Shown: positions 24,200 through 37,759, counted from the first letter of the whole stretch. The stretch: DNA of 63,891 nucleotides, filler included, from Lama guanicoe (GCA_013239625.1; 83 parts of 82 records of this genome joined end to end with filler, not necessarily neighbours in it); one strand, 5' to 3'. Notes: generated from the sequence alone by a model not told the origin. Translations and numbers: made by a program.

Positions 24200-24619
24200 C
24201 TGTGTCTTTAGTGCTTGTTACTCTTTTTATAATTATAACCTATTGTAGTGAGTGTGAAGCGGTTTCTCCTAGTGTTTTTGACTTGATTTCCTTTACAGCT
24301 AATGATATTGAACATCTTTTCTTTGTGCTTATTGGCCATTTTTACATTTTCCTTTAAAAATACTTTTTCAGATCCTTTATACATTTTTTAATTGAGTTGT
24401 CTTTTTATTGTTGAGTTGTTGGATGTTGGAGATTTTTTATCTTAGAAATACAAATTCCTTATCAGATAAATGATTTCAAAAAATTTTCTCCTGTGTGTTG
24501 TTTTTTCACTTTCTGGATGGTGTCCTTTGAAGCAAAGTTTTCAATTTTGATGAACTCCAGTTTATCTCTCTTTTCTTTGTTCCTTGTGCTTTGGGGTCAT
24601 ATTTAAGATATGAGATTTT
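24200..24619 (-). mobile_element. Old L1 ORF2 fragment
   Basis: TGATATTGAACATCTTTTC..GCTTATTGGCCATT; CCTTATCAGATAAATGATTT. Confidence 0.85.
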
Positions 24620-25559
24620 NNNNNNNNNNNNNNNNNNNNNNNNNNNNNNNNNNNNNNNNNNNNTTAATTAATTAANNNNNNNNNNNNNNNNNNNNNNNNN
24701 NNNNNNNNNNNNNNNNNNNGGGAAGCAAGCAGCAAGGAAAGTGACTTTCTCCAAACCCCAGGGCAGACCCCGGCCTGAGTGGGTGTGCTCTGCTCTCCGC
24801 CAGCCCTCTGTGGGGTCCTTCCATGCTGAGTCTGTGCACGAGCTCCCTGTGATGCCAGCCCATGGGGGTGACAGATGCAGTAGGTGTTTCTAGGTCTAGA
24901 GACAGGATGGCTTCTCTAGGAAGCAGGGGCCAGAATGATCCCCACTGTGCCGATGGGGGATTAAGACCCTGAGAGGCACGTGGCTTGTCCAGGATGATAG
25001 CACTGCTGAGTAGGGTGAGCCAGGTCTGAACCCAGCTGTATCCTCAGAGCTGCGGCGCTGGCTGCATCCAGGCCTCCCCAGAGCTATGGGGGGGCTGAAT
25101 TGGTGTCACTGCGTGTGGACATGGCATTGAGAGAGAAATGAGAGAACGACAGCCCAGAAAGGCCCTTGGGGAGCTTTGTGTCAGGAGGAANNNNNNNNNN
25201 NNNNNNNNNNNNNNNNNNNNNNNNNNNNNNNNNNTTAATTAATTAANNNNNNNNNNNNNNNNNNNNNNNNNNNNNNNNNNNNNNNNNNNNTGTCCTGTGC
25301 TGAGGCATGAGGGGTAAGCTTGTGGGTTTAGGGGCCATACATTAGAACTTAGCAGGTTCGAGTGTCAGGGCAGGGACCTCGGTGTGAGGAGAAGGAGCCC
25401 TGTCTTCAAGGTCTGGTGGGAGACTGGGCCTGGCCAGGGGTGGGAGGGTAGTAACAGGGAGGGGAAGTTGAGCAGGGGAAGTATGGCGGGGTGTGGCCTG
25501 GCCCAGGGCAGTCGTGGTTCTAGTTCAGTGCCAGGACCCAGTCGGTGGCAGGGTGAAGG

Positions 25560-26101
25560 CTCTGGGGATGGAGACCCGGCGGGACGAGCAGGAGGGGCCC
25601 CACCTGGCTCCTCCCGGCCCCAGTGGCCAGGGCCGGTAAAGCAGGAGACCCACCCGAGCAGTTTGCACTGCGGACGGGAGGAGGAGGGCCTCGCACGCGT
25701 AGACGGACAGACACGCGGACGTCGGAACCCGCCGAGAATGCGTGGAAGCTGGCGGCAGCCGGTTGCTCCTGGACCAGCTCCTGGAAGAGGAACACGGCCT
25801 GGGGTCTTGGCCGCCGCTTGCCCGTGGCTCGCCTGACGCTGCCGGGCAGTTATGGGGGCGCTGGTGGGGGCGCGCTGCTCGGGGAGCTGGTGGGCGACGC
25901 CTGAGCTGTGCGGCTGGGGAGGCGCCCAGTGAGGGGTGCGGAGGTGAGATCCCGGCCTTGCGGCCCGTTAGGACCCTGAGGCGGGTCCCAGCCGCCACTG
26001 TGGTTCGTGGTAACCCCGCTATTTGTAGTTCCTGAACCCCCCTTTTTTGCCGCCGCTTATACCCGGGTTTAGGAGAGCAGGTAGAGCCCCGGGAGGTGGG
26101 A
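25560..26101. other. CpG-rich genic fragment; possible minus-strand coding end
   Basis: Minus strand reads cacag|CTCAGGCG..., encoding QASPTSSPSSAPPPAPP-stop, with a later CGG|GTGGGT donor-like site; gene not recognised. Confidence 0.3.
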
Positions 26102-26201
26102 NNNNNNNNNNNNNNNNNNNNNNNNNNNNNNNNNNNNNNNNNNNNTTAATTAATTAANNNNNNNNNNNNNNNNNNNNNNNNNNNNNNNNNNNNNNNNNNN
26201 N

Positions 26202-26745
26202 CAATGAATTCAGGTTGCTAATGTTTATTTAGAATGGAATATACACATACCGAAGGAAAAGTTTACATTCTAGCTAGAGTGTACATTTATTTATTTAAAA
26301 ATTTTGTCTCACATTTTGAATTTGTCTTATGTATAATGGAATTTATTACTAAATAAAGAATGAAAGTTTTGGTAGAACTGGATATACTACAGATTGCTGA
26401 TACAGAACATAGCTATTATTTATAATTAGTGAACAAATCACTTGCCTTAAAATGCTGTATTTTACTAAATATGCCAACTTTTTCAGGACTGAGAAACATA
26501 ATGCTTCCTAAAATGCATTACCTAGTCTTTTCCACCACAACGGACATATACAGTTATTTCTTTGTTTTTTGATTGTTTGTTTGTTTGCCCCTTAATTGAG
26601 GCACTGCTTATTAAACCCAGGATCTTGTGCATAACTTTACTTATCAACATCATTTTGGAATACTAATCAGAAGCCACAAGATTATGGATTATAAACATGA
26701 CAAGAAAATTTATACCTTCTAGGGACTGAAAAACTTCTGAGTGAG
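26202..26745 (+). repeat. Duplicated AT-rich segment with a truncated SINE piece; paralog at 38915-39371
   Basis: CCAGGATCTTGTGCATAA...TATGGATTATAAA...TCTGAGTGA is present in both contigs. Confidence 0.8.
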
Positions 26746-26845
26746 NNNNNNNNNNNNNNNNNNNNNNNNNNNNNNNNNNNNNNNNNNNNTTAATTAATTA
26801 ANNNNNNNNNNNNNNNNNNNNNNNNNNNNNNNNNNNNNNNNNNNN

Positions 26846-27574
26846 TCAGAAGTAACCAGCTTCAGTACAAAGTCACTATTTTTCATTAACAAAACATAAT
26901 TCCATTCATTATATCTTGCCTTACACATTTATCTTACTTTCCTAGGATAATGAGATCTTTCCCTTAATAATAGAGACTATTTCAGGATGGCACCAATCAT
27001 TTATTCATATTTCTAAACAGCTTTAGTTTCTCTGTAAGAGGAAGTTAAATGTTATGTAATTCATATTTCAATCTTAATTTATCTGAAAATGGCATAGCAA
27101 ATGGCATAGCTATTTAATAAAATCCTATCATTTAACTTAATTTAGCACAACTCTAGAATTTAAAGATAATAAACATTCAGAGATTATGTTAAGCATACAT
27201 TTTAAAAATGTATTTGAAAGAATTTACCCAAAGTTCTGATCTCATTTGCATTATATTTACTTAAAATTTTACCACACCACATTAGTATTTTTTTTTCGCA
27301 AATCTACAATGGATGTAAAAGGATCTTATTTGACTTTCATTAAACCTAAAAGGTACAACAAAGGTATTATACTTATTATTGATGAATTTAAAGATGTCTA
27401 TATTAATTAGAACATAAACAATATTTAATATCAAATATTATCTTAATATTGAATATTTTCCAGTACACATGGACCTGAAGGTCAATTTGGCCAGTTTTTA
27501 TTTTTAAAATACTTAATTTGTAACCTCTTATTTTTTACATGAATTAAGCAGAGCTCTTTGACTTTGTTTTTTGT
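26846..27574. mobile_element. Possible AT-rich ERV1 internal non-coding relic
   Basis: Composition and motifs (TAACTTAATTTAGCACAACTCTAG) recall MER4-group internal sequence; weak. Confidence 0.3.
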
Positions 27575-27674
27575 NNNNNNNNNNNNNNNNNNNNNNNNNN
27601 NNNNNNNNNNNNNNNNNNTTAATTAATTAANNNNNNNNNNNNNNNNNNNNNNNNNNNNNNNNNNNNNNNNNNNN

Positions 27675-28081
27675 GAAATATTTCTAGGCTCACTATCTGT
27701 TTTTATTGATAATATATCTGTGCTAATGCCATACTCTTTTTATTACTGTAGGTTTATATTATAGTAGGGTATCTGGGAGGGTTATGCCTCCAGATTTGTT
27801 GTTTTTTCTCAATATCATTTTGGCAATTTTTAATGGTTTCATGTAATACTTAGAGTTATTTTTCTCTGGTTCTGTGGAAAATACTACAGCTTCGTAACAG
27901 GAATTGCACTAAATTGCACTAAATCTGTAGGTTTCTTTGTGTAGTACGGCCATGTTAACATTAACCCTTTCAATCCAAGAGCACAAGACATCTTTCCATT
28001 TGTTTGAATCATTTTTAATTTCTTAGTAAATGTTTTTTTTTAATTTTCAGTGTGTAGATCTTTCATATATGTGGTTACATT
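27675..28081 (-). mobile_element. Degenerate L1 ORF2 fragment
   Basis: GAATTGCACTAAATCTGTAG; CAATCCAAGAGCACAAGACATCTTTCCATTT. Confidence 0.8.
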
Positions 28082-28181
28082 NNNNNNNNNNNNNNNNNNN
28101 NNNNNNNNNNNNNNNNNNNNNNNNNTTAATTAATTAANNNNNNNNNNNNNNNNNNNNNNNNNNNNNNNNNNNNNNNNNNNN

Positions 28182-29003
28182 GAATAAATCTAACCAAGGA
28201 GGTCAAAGAATTATACACAGAAAACTATAACATTGATGAAGGAAATTAAGGAAGACTTTAAAAATGGAAAGATATCCCATGCTCCTGGATTGGAAGAATC
28301 AATATTGTTAAAATGGTCACACTGCCCAAGGCAATCTACAGGTTTAATGCAATCCCTATCCAATTACCCAGGACATATTTCACAGAACAAGAACAAATCA
28401 TAATAAAATTTATNNNNNNNNNNNNNNNNNNNNNNNNNNNNNNNNNNNNNNNNNNNNNNNNNNNNNNNNNNNNNNNNNNNNNNNNNNNNNNNNNNNNNNN
28501 NNNNNNNNNNNNNNNNNNNNNNNNNNNNNNNNNNNNNNNNNNNNNNNNNNNNNNNNNNNNNNNNNNNNNNNNNNNNNNNNNNNNNNNNNNNNNNNNNNNN
28601 NNNNNNNNNNNNNNNNNNNNNNNNNNNNNNNNNNNNNNNNNNNNNNNNNNNNNNNNNNNNNNNNNNNNNNNNNNNNNNNNNNNNNNNNNNNNNNNNNNNN
28701 NNNNNNNNNNNNNNNNNNNNNNNNNNNNNNNNNNNNNNNNNNNNNNNNNNNNNNNNNNNNNNNNNNNNNNNNNNNNNNNNNNNNNNNNNNNNNNNNNNNN
28801 NNNNNNNNNNNNNNNNNAGACATCTCAAAAATGTTCTCCTAGAACAGTCTACCCAAGCAATAGAAATAAAAGCAAGAATAAACAAATGGGACCTAATGAA
28901 ACTTAGAAGCTTCTGCACATCAAAGGAAACCAGAAGTAAAACAAAAAGACAGCTTACAGAATGGGAGAACATTTTTGCAAATGAAACTGACAAAGGCTTG
29001 ATC
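28182..29003 (+). mobile_element. Young L1 ORF2 fragment
   Basis: [32 protein letters not shown]. Confidence 0.95.
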
Positions 29004-30007
29004 NNNNNNNNNNNNNNNNNNNNNNNNNNNNNNNNNNNNNNNNNNNNTTAATTAATTAANNNNNNNNNNNNNNNNNNNNNNNNNNNNNNNNNNNNNNNNN
29101 NNNAAGTCCTCATTTTTCCATCCTATTATCATTTCTTTCCTGTTAACAATACTTTGGGTGTTTTTACATACTTTTTACAAACTCTCTAAAAGGTTGATGA
29201 GATTATGGACATCAGTGTATGCAAGGCACTGGGTTCCACTCTGTTTAACTTCCAGGAAACATCCGTAGTTAGGTCCTCCGTTACTTTCCAATTTCAATGG
29301 CCCACATTTGTTTTGATAATACTTCCCCAAAGCTGCAGAGATCAAAGATGCCTAAGAGGCTCGGTGAAGTTCACCTATTAATTTTCGCTTCAAAGCCTGT
29401 GTAAATTCTCCTCTCTCCTTCTTGAGGCACATTCCTCCACTGTGCTTGAATACATACCCTAGCACCCTTAGGTTTAAGAATATCTCCAGTGGTGTTCTTG
29501 GAAGTTTTTCTTTCATCTTTTTCTTCTTTGTTTTTTGTTTTGCACTTTGAATGACACAATGAACACCTCAACAACCAGAAACCTGTTTGATGTTTACAAA
29601 AGAAGTTTAAATAGCAGGAAATGTTCAATTGTTTCTCTCTCTATCTCAATTCTCATCTCTTGATGTGAAAGATAAGGAAATCATTGCCCTGGAAAGTTTC
29701 CAAAGAATTTTTTTAAAACAATTGTGTAATATTTTTAAATTTTAACATCTTTTCATGACAGTTTTCAGTGATAAGCATTATTTGTAAAATAATAGAATTT
29801 AGGCATATATCAAATTAACGTACATAGCAAGATTTACAAGACTGTCATTACAGGTAGGTTTGGGGAAGATGGGTGCCATTACTCTGTCCTTCCTCATTTC
29901 TTTCCAANNNNNNNNNNNNNNNNNNNNNNNNNNNNNNNNNNNNNNNNNNNNTTAATTAATTAANNNNNNNNNNNNNNNNNNNNNNNNNNNNNNNNNNNNN
30001 NNNNNNN

Positions 30008-30515
30008 GTATATTGCCATATAACTAATAGAGAATCCAAATAGGTGTCATAGAGAAACTCAATACAAATAACAAAACTCAGATAGCAGTTTAGTGAGCTT
30101 AGGAATAAATCAAATGCTGATAAGGAATATATTACCAAAGAGACTGAAACTAAAAAATAACCAAATATTATTGGAGGACCAAATGAACTTAATAACTGAG
30201 ATGAAGAATGCAACAGAAAGCATTGGGAGCAGACTGCTTCTGTGGAAGAGACTTTAGCAAACTCACCAATACAAAACTTGAAATGAGAGGAGCGCAACAA
30301 GATATTAAAAAGTGAGGAAATTATACACTAGCCAACAGACTTCTTCAGGAAGTGCACTTTAGACTGAAATCCTGGAGGGAGAAGAAAGTTAGAAGGTAGC
30401 TGATGAGATGAAGAAGTAATAGTTGATAAATTTCTGAACCTGTGTAAGGAACTGATATACAAGTCAGTGAGCCAAAAAACACCAATAAGTTTAAGGCAAA
30501 GAGAACTCCTTCAAG
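30008..30515 (+). mobile_element. Highly degenerate L1 ORF1-like segment; paralog at 56270-56409
   Basis: A-rich coiled-coil-like residue, AGGGAGAAGAAAG and ATTTCTGAACCTG motifs; clear match to 56270-56409. Confidence 0.6.
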
Positions 30516-30615
30516 NNNNNNNNNNNNNNNNNNNNNNNNNNNNNNNNNNNNNNNNNNNNTTAATTAATTAANNNNNNNNNNNNNNNNNNNNNNNNNNNNN
30601 NNNNNNNNNNNNNNN

Positions 30616-31164
30616 TGAGAATAGAAATTTACTAAAATAAAAAACCTGAGAAAAATACTAAATTTAGAGGATAAATTTTTCAATATTAACAACAAATGGA
30701 TTGCTGTATAAATCAAAGAAAATATATAAAGAAAAATGACAACAAAAACAAAATCCATGGGGTATAACAAAAGCAGTATTAGAAGGGATGCTTATAGCAA
30801 AAGAATCCCACTTATACAAATAAGAACAATTTCTCTCTTATATTCTTAGAACCAAAAGATGTCACACAATAATTAAAAAAACTTGTTAGTAGAAGGAAAG
30901 ACAGCTGAAAGGACAGAAAATAATTAAATAAAATACAGATTAAAAATATAAATATTTAATCAATCTAAATAATGGCTTTTGAAAGATAAATAATGTTGGT
31001 AAAGTTTAACCAGACACATGAGCAAAAAAGAGAGTTACAGATAAATAAGCTCAGAAATAAATGAGGAGTTAGACCTTATATCAAAGAAATACAAAGCATC
31101 ATAAGGTGATACAAGAAATTATATGCCAATAAAATGGAAACCCTAGAAGAAATGGACAAATTCT
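30616..31164 (+). mobile_element. Degenerate L1 ORF2 fragment
   Basis: AAAGCAGTATTAGAAGGGA; TATATGCCAATAAAATGGAAACCCTAGAAGAAATGGACAAATTCT (YANK...LEEMDKF). Confidence 0.85.
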
Positions 31165-31264
31165 NNNNNNNNNNNNNNNNNNNNNNNNNNNNNNNNNNNN
31201 NNNNNNNNTTAATTAATTAANNNNNNNNNNNNNNNNNNNNNNNNNNNNNNNNNNNNNNNNNNNN

Positions 31265-32188
31265 TTTTTTGATACTAAATTGTATAAGCTGTTCATGTAT
31301 TTTGGATATTAAAACCTTATTGGTCATGTCATTTGCAAATATTGTCTCTCATTCCATGGGTGGTCTTTTATTTTTATCGATCATTTCCTTTACTGAGTGA
31401 AAGCTTTTAAGTTTAATTAGGTCCCATTTATTTTTGCTTTTATTTCATTTGCCTTTATAGACAGATCCAAAAATTATTGCTACAATTTATGTCAAAGAGT
31501 GTTTTGCCTATATTCTCTTCTAGTTGCATGATTTCAGTTCTTACACTTGTCTATAATCCACTTTGAGTTTATATATGGTGGGAACAGATGCTCTCGTTCA
31601 TCTACACGTATCTTTCTAGTTTTCNNNNNNNNNNNNNNNNNNNNNNNNNNNNNNNNNNNNNNNNNNNNNNNNNNNNNNNNNNNNNNNNNNNNNNNNNNNN
31701 NNNNNNNNNNNNNNNNNNNNNNNNNNNNNNNNNNNNNNNNNNNNNNNNNNNNNNNNNNNNNNNNNNNNNNNNNNNNNNNNNNNNNNNNNNNNNNNNNNNN
31801 NNNNNNNNNNNNNNNNNNNNNNNNNNNNNNNNNNNNTGGTGAGTGTGGAGTCTTAGTCTTGTTCCTGATTTTAGAGGAAAAGCTTTCAGCTTTTCACCAC
31901 TGAGTATGCTGTTAGCTGTGGGTTTGTGATAAATGGCTTTTATTATGTTAAGATATGTTCCCTTTATCCCCATTTGATAGTTTTTATCATGAATGGATAT
32001 TGAATTCTGTCAAATGCTTTTTCTGCATCTGGAGTAATCTTGTGATTTTTATCCTTCCTTGTGTTAATGTGCTGTATCACGTTGAGTGTGAATATGAAAA
32101 CATCCTTGCATCGCTGGAACGAAACTCATTTGATCATAGTTTATAAATTGTTCATATAATTATGAATTTGTCTTGCTAATATTTTGTT
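31265..32188 (-). mobile_element. L1 ORF2 fragments
   Basis: [37 protein letters not shown]. Confidence 0.92.
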
Positions 32189-32916
32189 NNNNNNNNNNNN
32201 NNNNNNNNNNNNNNNNNNNNNNNNNNNNNNNNTTAATTAATTAANNNNNNNNNNNNNNNNNNNNNNNNNNNNNNNNNNNNNNNNNNNNGTCTCGCAGGAA
32301 CAAGGCGGTTTGGGCCACTGTATGACTTCCGGCTCCCCAGAAAACTTAGTGCTTGCCTGTGCATCCGGCCCCCTGCTCAGAGGCTCTTCCTCCCCTGCAG
32401 GATGACGAATTCACTCTCCTCAGGGACACCTCCTCAGGGGAGCCCTCTTCTCGCCCTCAGCACGGCAGGTGTCCCAGGCCACATCCCGAGCTGCCCCATT
32501 AGGACTGCGGGTGCCCAGGTCTGCTAATCAGACCAGCAGCATCAGAGCCAGGGAGTATGCCCGGGCCACCCTGTAAACCTACTGCCCTCCTCACAGCCCC
32601 CAGCCAACAGGTCACCTGAAAGTCACAGCAAGTGCCACACCCAATCCAAAGCCTCTTCATTTGCCACCACCGCTGATGACTGGTCTCCAAACGTTGGTCA
32701 GTCTCGCACAAAACAGCACCTTCAACTGTGAAGCAGGGGGTTTTCACAGAAACGTCAAGGGAAACGGAGAGGCCTTTTCTCAACACTTTTCTGATGACAC
32801 CCTCCCACCCACAATANNNNNNNNNNNNNNNNNNNNNNNNNNNNNNNNNNNNNNNNNNNNTTAATTAATTAANNNNNNNNNNNNNNNNNNNNNNNNNNNN
32901 NNNNNNNNNNNNNNNN

Positions 32917-33502
32917 GATTAAAAATTTTGTAATTGAATAGTTGATTTACATCATATTAGTTTCATGTGTACAAAACAAAGGCTCAAAATTTTCATAGAT
33001 TATATTCCATTTAAAGTCACCATAAAATAATGGCTATATTTCCCTGTGCTGTATGATACAGCCCTGTAACCTATCCATTTTATATGTAGTACTNNNNNNN
33101 NNNNNNNNNNNNNNNNNNNNNNNNNNNNNNNNNNNNNNNNNNNNNNNNNNNNNNNNNNNNNNNNNNNNNNNNNNNNNNNNNNNNNNNNNNNNNNNNNNNN
33201 NNNNNNNTTTTTAGATATACATATAAGTTAATACATAGAATATTTGTTTTTCTTTCTCTGACTTATTTCACTTAGCATAATACCCTGTAGGTCCATCCAT
33301 GTTATTGCAAATGGCATTATTTTATTTTTTAATGGCTGAACAGTAATCCATTTGTGTGTGTGTTCATGTGTATATATGCGTGTGTATATATATATGTATA
33401 CATGTGTGTATATATATATATAAAATATACCACAACTTCTTTATCCAGTCATTTGTCAGTGAACATTTGGGTTGTTTCAGTGTCTTGGCTATTTTAAATA
33501 GT
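32917..33502 (-). mobile_element. L1 3' end with embedded (TA/TG)n
   Basis: CTGACTTATTTCACTTAGCATAATACCC..GGTCCATCCATGTT; GCTATATTTCCCTGTGCTGTA. Confidence 0.88.
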
Positions 33503-33603
33503 NNNNNNNNNNNNNNNNNNNNNNNNNNNNNNNNNNNNNNNNNNNNTTAATTAATTAANNNNNNNNNNNNNNNNNNNNNNNNNNNNNNNNNNNNNNNNNN
33601 NNA

Positions 33604-33757
33604 CAGAAGGAAGGAAGGAAAGAAAGAAAGGAAGGAAGAAAAGGAAGGAAGGAAGAAAAGGAAGGAAGGAAAGGAAAGGAAAGGAAAGAAGGAAAGAAAA
33701 GAAAAGAAAAGAAAAGAAAAGAAAAGAAAAGGAAAGAAAAGAGAAAAGAAAAGAAGA
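33604..33757 (+). repeat. Polypurine (GAAG/GAAA/GAAAA)n tract
   Basis: About 150 bp of almost pure purine. Confidence 0.95.
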
Positions 33758-34586
33758 ATCATATTCCTGCAGTGAAAGTCATGTGGCATTTGAACATGGC
33801 CACCGTGTTCTTGGGTTTTATGGCTGCTTACATCAGAAAAGTAAGGTTGACACACATTATTTCATCATGGTGGGAAACAACTATATATATTTACACATTT
33901 ATTTTCAATATAAACCAGAAAACACTACAAAATTGCACTATTTACTCTTGTCTATTCTACCATCCCCTTTCTCCAGCCAAACTTCATACTGTCCAAAAAA
34001 CAAATAGCCCCAAGTCAAAACCAAAACCTTACTTAAAATGTTTTAAATTAGCTTTTTAGTTTTTATTCAGCTATTAGTTTCTTAAAAACAATAAATCATC
34101 TTTGGTAAGGAACACATGAATTACTCTTTACAAGATTCTTCACACGTACTGCTTTATTGGATGTGATAGTCATGTCAGCTATGAATCACAGCCACGCGTT
34201 AAATATAAGATTGTGATCACTGTCACATTCACCTCATTCACCATAATTCATATTGTAAAGGAGGAAGTCAAGATTTAAAATGATTGTTACCTGGTTAAGT
34301 AACAGACCCAAGGCTTAGTCCCTGCTCCCCCTGTTGAATATACGCAGTTCTTTATGTTAATCATACATTGTAATCAGCCTTTCTACCATCGAAGTTGCTA
34401 TAATAGCATATCCCTCATAATTCATAGCAGAGCAGAGGCGCCTAATATTTTGATTGAAGATACACAGGATTGTTTCAAATTGTGAANNNNNNNNNNNNNN
34501 NNNNNNNNNNNNNNNNNNNNNNNNNNNNNNTTAATTAATTAANNNNNNNNNNNNNNNNNNNNNNNNNNNNNNNNNNNNNNNNNNNN

Positions 34587-35458
34587 TTTTCTATATTTTA
34601 TATTCTGTGTTCTATATTTTAAATTCTATATTCAGAATTCTGTGGCCTATATTTTAAATTCTGTGTTCTGTATTCAATGTTAAAAATTTTTGATTCAATA
34701 TTCTCTGTTCTATATTATATACTCTGTGTTCTACTTTCAATTTTCTAAATCCTATATTCAGTATTCTGTGGTCTATATTTTAGATTCTGTGCTCTACATT
34801 CTTTATTCTATATTCTATATTCAGTATTCTGTATTCTATATTCTAAATTCTGTGTTCTGCATTCCATGTTATAAATTCTAATTTCAGTATATTGTATTCT
34901 ATATTCTAAATTTTTTTCCTGCATTCCATGTTCTAAATTATAAGTTATGTATTCAGTTTTCAATATTTTAAATTCTGTTTTCTATATTCCATATACCGTA
35001 TTCTATATTCTGCATTCCGTATTCTATGTTCTTTATTGTGTGTTCTACATTATATATTCGAAATTCTATATTCAGTATTCTGTATTGCATATTCTAAATT
35101 CTGAGTTATGCATTCCATGTTATAAATTCTGTGTTCTATATTCTCTAATCTATATTATATATTGTGTTTTCTACATTGTATTTTCTAAATCCTTTATTCA
35201 GTATTCTGTAATCTATATTGTAAATTCTGTGTTCTGCATTCTATATTCTAAATTCTATATTCAGTATTCTGAATTCTATATCCTTAATTCTCTGTTCTGC
35301 ATTCCATGTTCTAAATTCTGGTTTCTATATTCTCTATTCTATATTCTATATTTTGTGTTATTCATTCTATATTCTACATTCTATATCCTGCATTAAATTC
35401 TGATTTCTGCATTCTATATTCTAAATTCTACATTCAGTAACCTGTATTCCATATTCTA
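34587..35458 (+). repeat. Family B heptamer satellite
   Basis: TTCNNNN tandem array. Confidence 0.95.
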
Positions 35459-35558
35459 NNNNNNNNNNNNNNNNNNNNNNNNNNNNNNNNNNNNNNNNNN
35501 NNTTAATTAATTAANNNNNNNNNNNNNNNNNNNNNNNNNNNNNNNNNNNNNNNNNNNN

Positions 35559-36033
35559 GTGCCCCGCCAAGTGTGGGTCCTTGGCTTCACGCAGGGAAGA
35601 ATTCAAGTGCGAGCCACCATTGAGTAAAGGTAGATTTATTTAGGGAGATACACACTGCATAGAGTGTAAGGCAAGAGAAAGGCAAGGAAAGAGGTGTGGG
35701 AATTGGGTGCTCAGGTTAAAGTAAAAGAAAGTACACGCTCCACAGACAGAGTGCGGGCCGTCTCCAAAGGGGGGAAAGAGCACAAAGGCCCCTAGGCATG
35801 GCGTTGTCACTTTTTATGGGCTCAGTATCTTCACACGCCTATAGGTGGGATCAATCCAACTGCCCTGGGGAAGGGGCTGGGATTCCCAGGGACTGGGCCA
35901 CATTGGCTTTTTGCAGTTAGCCTTGGGGCTGTCATGGCGCCTGCGGGTGTGTTATTTGATCACGCTGTAACAAGAAGCACATATTGAAGCTCAAGGTCTA
36001 CTAGAAGTTAAACCTCTTAATCCTCAAGGCCAA
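35559..36033 (-). mobile_element. ERV LTR, same family as 63401-63888
   Basis: Reverse complement shares AATAAATCTACCTTTACT...CTTGAATTC...CCAAGGAC.CACACTTGGCG. Confidence 0.85.
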
Positions 36034-36624
36034 NNNNNNNNNNNNNNNNNNNNNNNNNNNNNNNNNNNNNNNNNNNNTTAATTAATTAANNNNNNNNNNN
36101 NNNNNNNNNNNNNNNNNNNNNNNNNNNNNNNNNAGTTTCTCCAGAAGGGAAAGCTGCATTTAATAAAGGGAAATAAATCAGTCTTCCTGAGGACATGAGT
36201 CTTATGAAGGTCTCTTGTTACTAGATGTGATTTGTGATTTCTAATGGGGTTCTTATTCCAATCTCCCACTCATCAGAGAGGCTACAGAAATGCCTTTTCT
36301 CTTTATAAAGTCACATGATCCAGAGGTAATTGTTTATTCTGCCCTATCTTTTTCATTTGGAAGCTTCCTGTATTTCTCCCAAATAATGCATTTAAGATAT
36401 TTAGCACAGTCCTGACACAGAGCAAATTAGTAAAGGTTAGCTATTACTGTAACACTTATTATTATGCTATTATTATAATTGGCTTAATGGGAGAACTTTA
36501 AGAAAACACAGATTAAGTACAGAATGTTCATATCAAACTTATGTGGAGGAAATCCAAATTTTCTTTTGATTTCCTTTTGATGTACCTTTATTAAAGATAC
36601 ATCACATCAGGAAATTCCCCGCCA

Positions 36625-36861
36625 AACACCCCAATGTTAATAGCAGCACTGTATACAATAACCAAGACATGGGAACAACTTAAATGTCCATCAACAGATG
36701 ACTGCATAAAGAAGTTGTGGTATAATTATACAGTGGAATACTACTCAGCCATAAAAAGAGTAAAATAATTCCATTTTCAGCAACATGGATGGACCTAGAG
36801 ATCATCATTTTTAGTGAAGTAAGCCAGAAAGAGAAAGAAAAATGCCATATGAGATCACTTA
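36625..36861 (+). mobile_element. 5'-truncated L1 ORF2 C-terminus
   Basis: CACCCCAATGTT.ATAGCAGCACT...GGAATACTACTCAGCCATAAAA; similar to 18155. Confidence 0.9.
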
Positions 36862-37759
36862 NNNNNNNNNNNNNNNNNNNNNNNNNNNNNNNNNNNNNNN
36901 NNNNNTTAATTAATTAANNNNNNNNNNNNNNNNNNNNNNNNNNNNNNNNNNNNNNNNNNNNCCCCCTGTGGCACACGTGGGAAACAACGTTTAACAAAAT
37001 ATTCACAAACGGCCAACCTGCAGGAAGTAGGAACCACGCCAAGGGATTCCCCAGCAAGAAGGGAATTAATAAGAGCCAAATTTATGTCTAAAACTCAGTC
37101 TCAGACACAGTAAGATTAAATAGTACACACCCTCTTTTGTCTTTCTATTCTGTGCTGGTAACTCATTAATTCAATACATATTTACTGAATCCCTTGAACA
37201 CAGTAAATGTGCCCAGTTCGCTGGTATCTGTTTAATTTGGAGTTAATCAANNNNNNNNNNNNNNNNNNNNNNNNNNNNNNNNNNNNGCCCCCTTACTCAG
37301 AACATAAGGAGAGAAGAAAGAGGCAGAGCCTCCAGGTTGGTAGTTCGAAAAAGCAATGGCACTTACACGTGAGGTTTATCTCCAGTGGCCACAAGACAAG
37401 ATCTCCGTGTCCACTTGCAGAATCTCAAAAGTTCATGGAGGATTAATGGGGTGCAGCCCGAACGCCACCCAGATGGTCCCTGCAATGCGCTCTCTCGGGG
37501 CTGTATCCCCCAAAGCAGCTGCTGCTGCGGGAACAGGGAGCGGCACCGACACCCCGAGGTCGGGCATAGGAGCAGGCGCAGGTCACTGGGTCCGGCTCCA
37601 GGGGAGGCCAGCGGCCCTGTCCTCCCCGGGACCTCCTCCACCACTGCTCCCTGTTTCTGNNNNNNNNNNNNNNNNNNNNNNNNNNNNNNNNNNNNNNNNN
37701 NNNTTAATTAATTAANNNNNNNNNNNNNNNNNNNNNNNNNNNNNNNNNNNNNNNNNNNN

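Noticed and set aside
29170..29628. Minus-strand exon-like region
   Set aside because: It has in-frame stops and no recognisable homology, so I cannot support it as coding.
34947..35396. Hydrophobic Tyr/Ile/Phe/Ser-rich ORFs resembling membrane proteins
   Set aside because: They are translations of the heptamer satellite (21 nt gives a 7-aa period).
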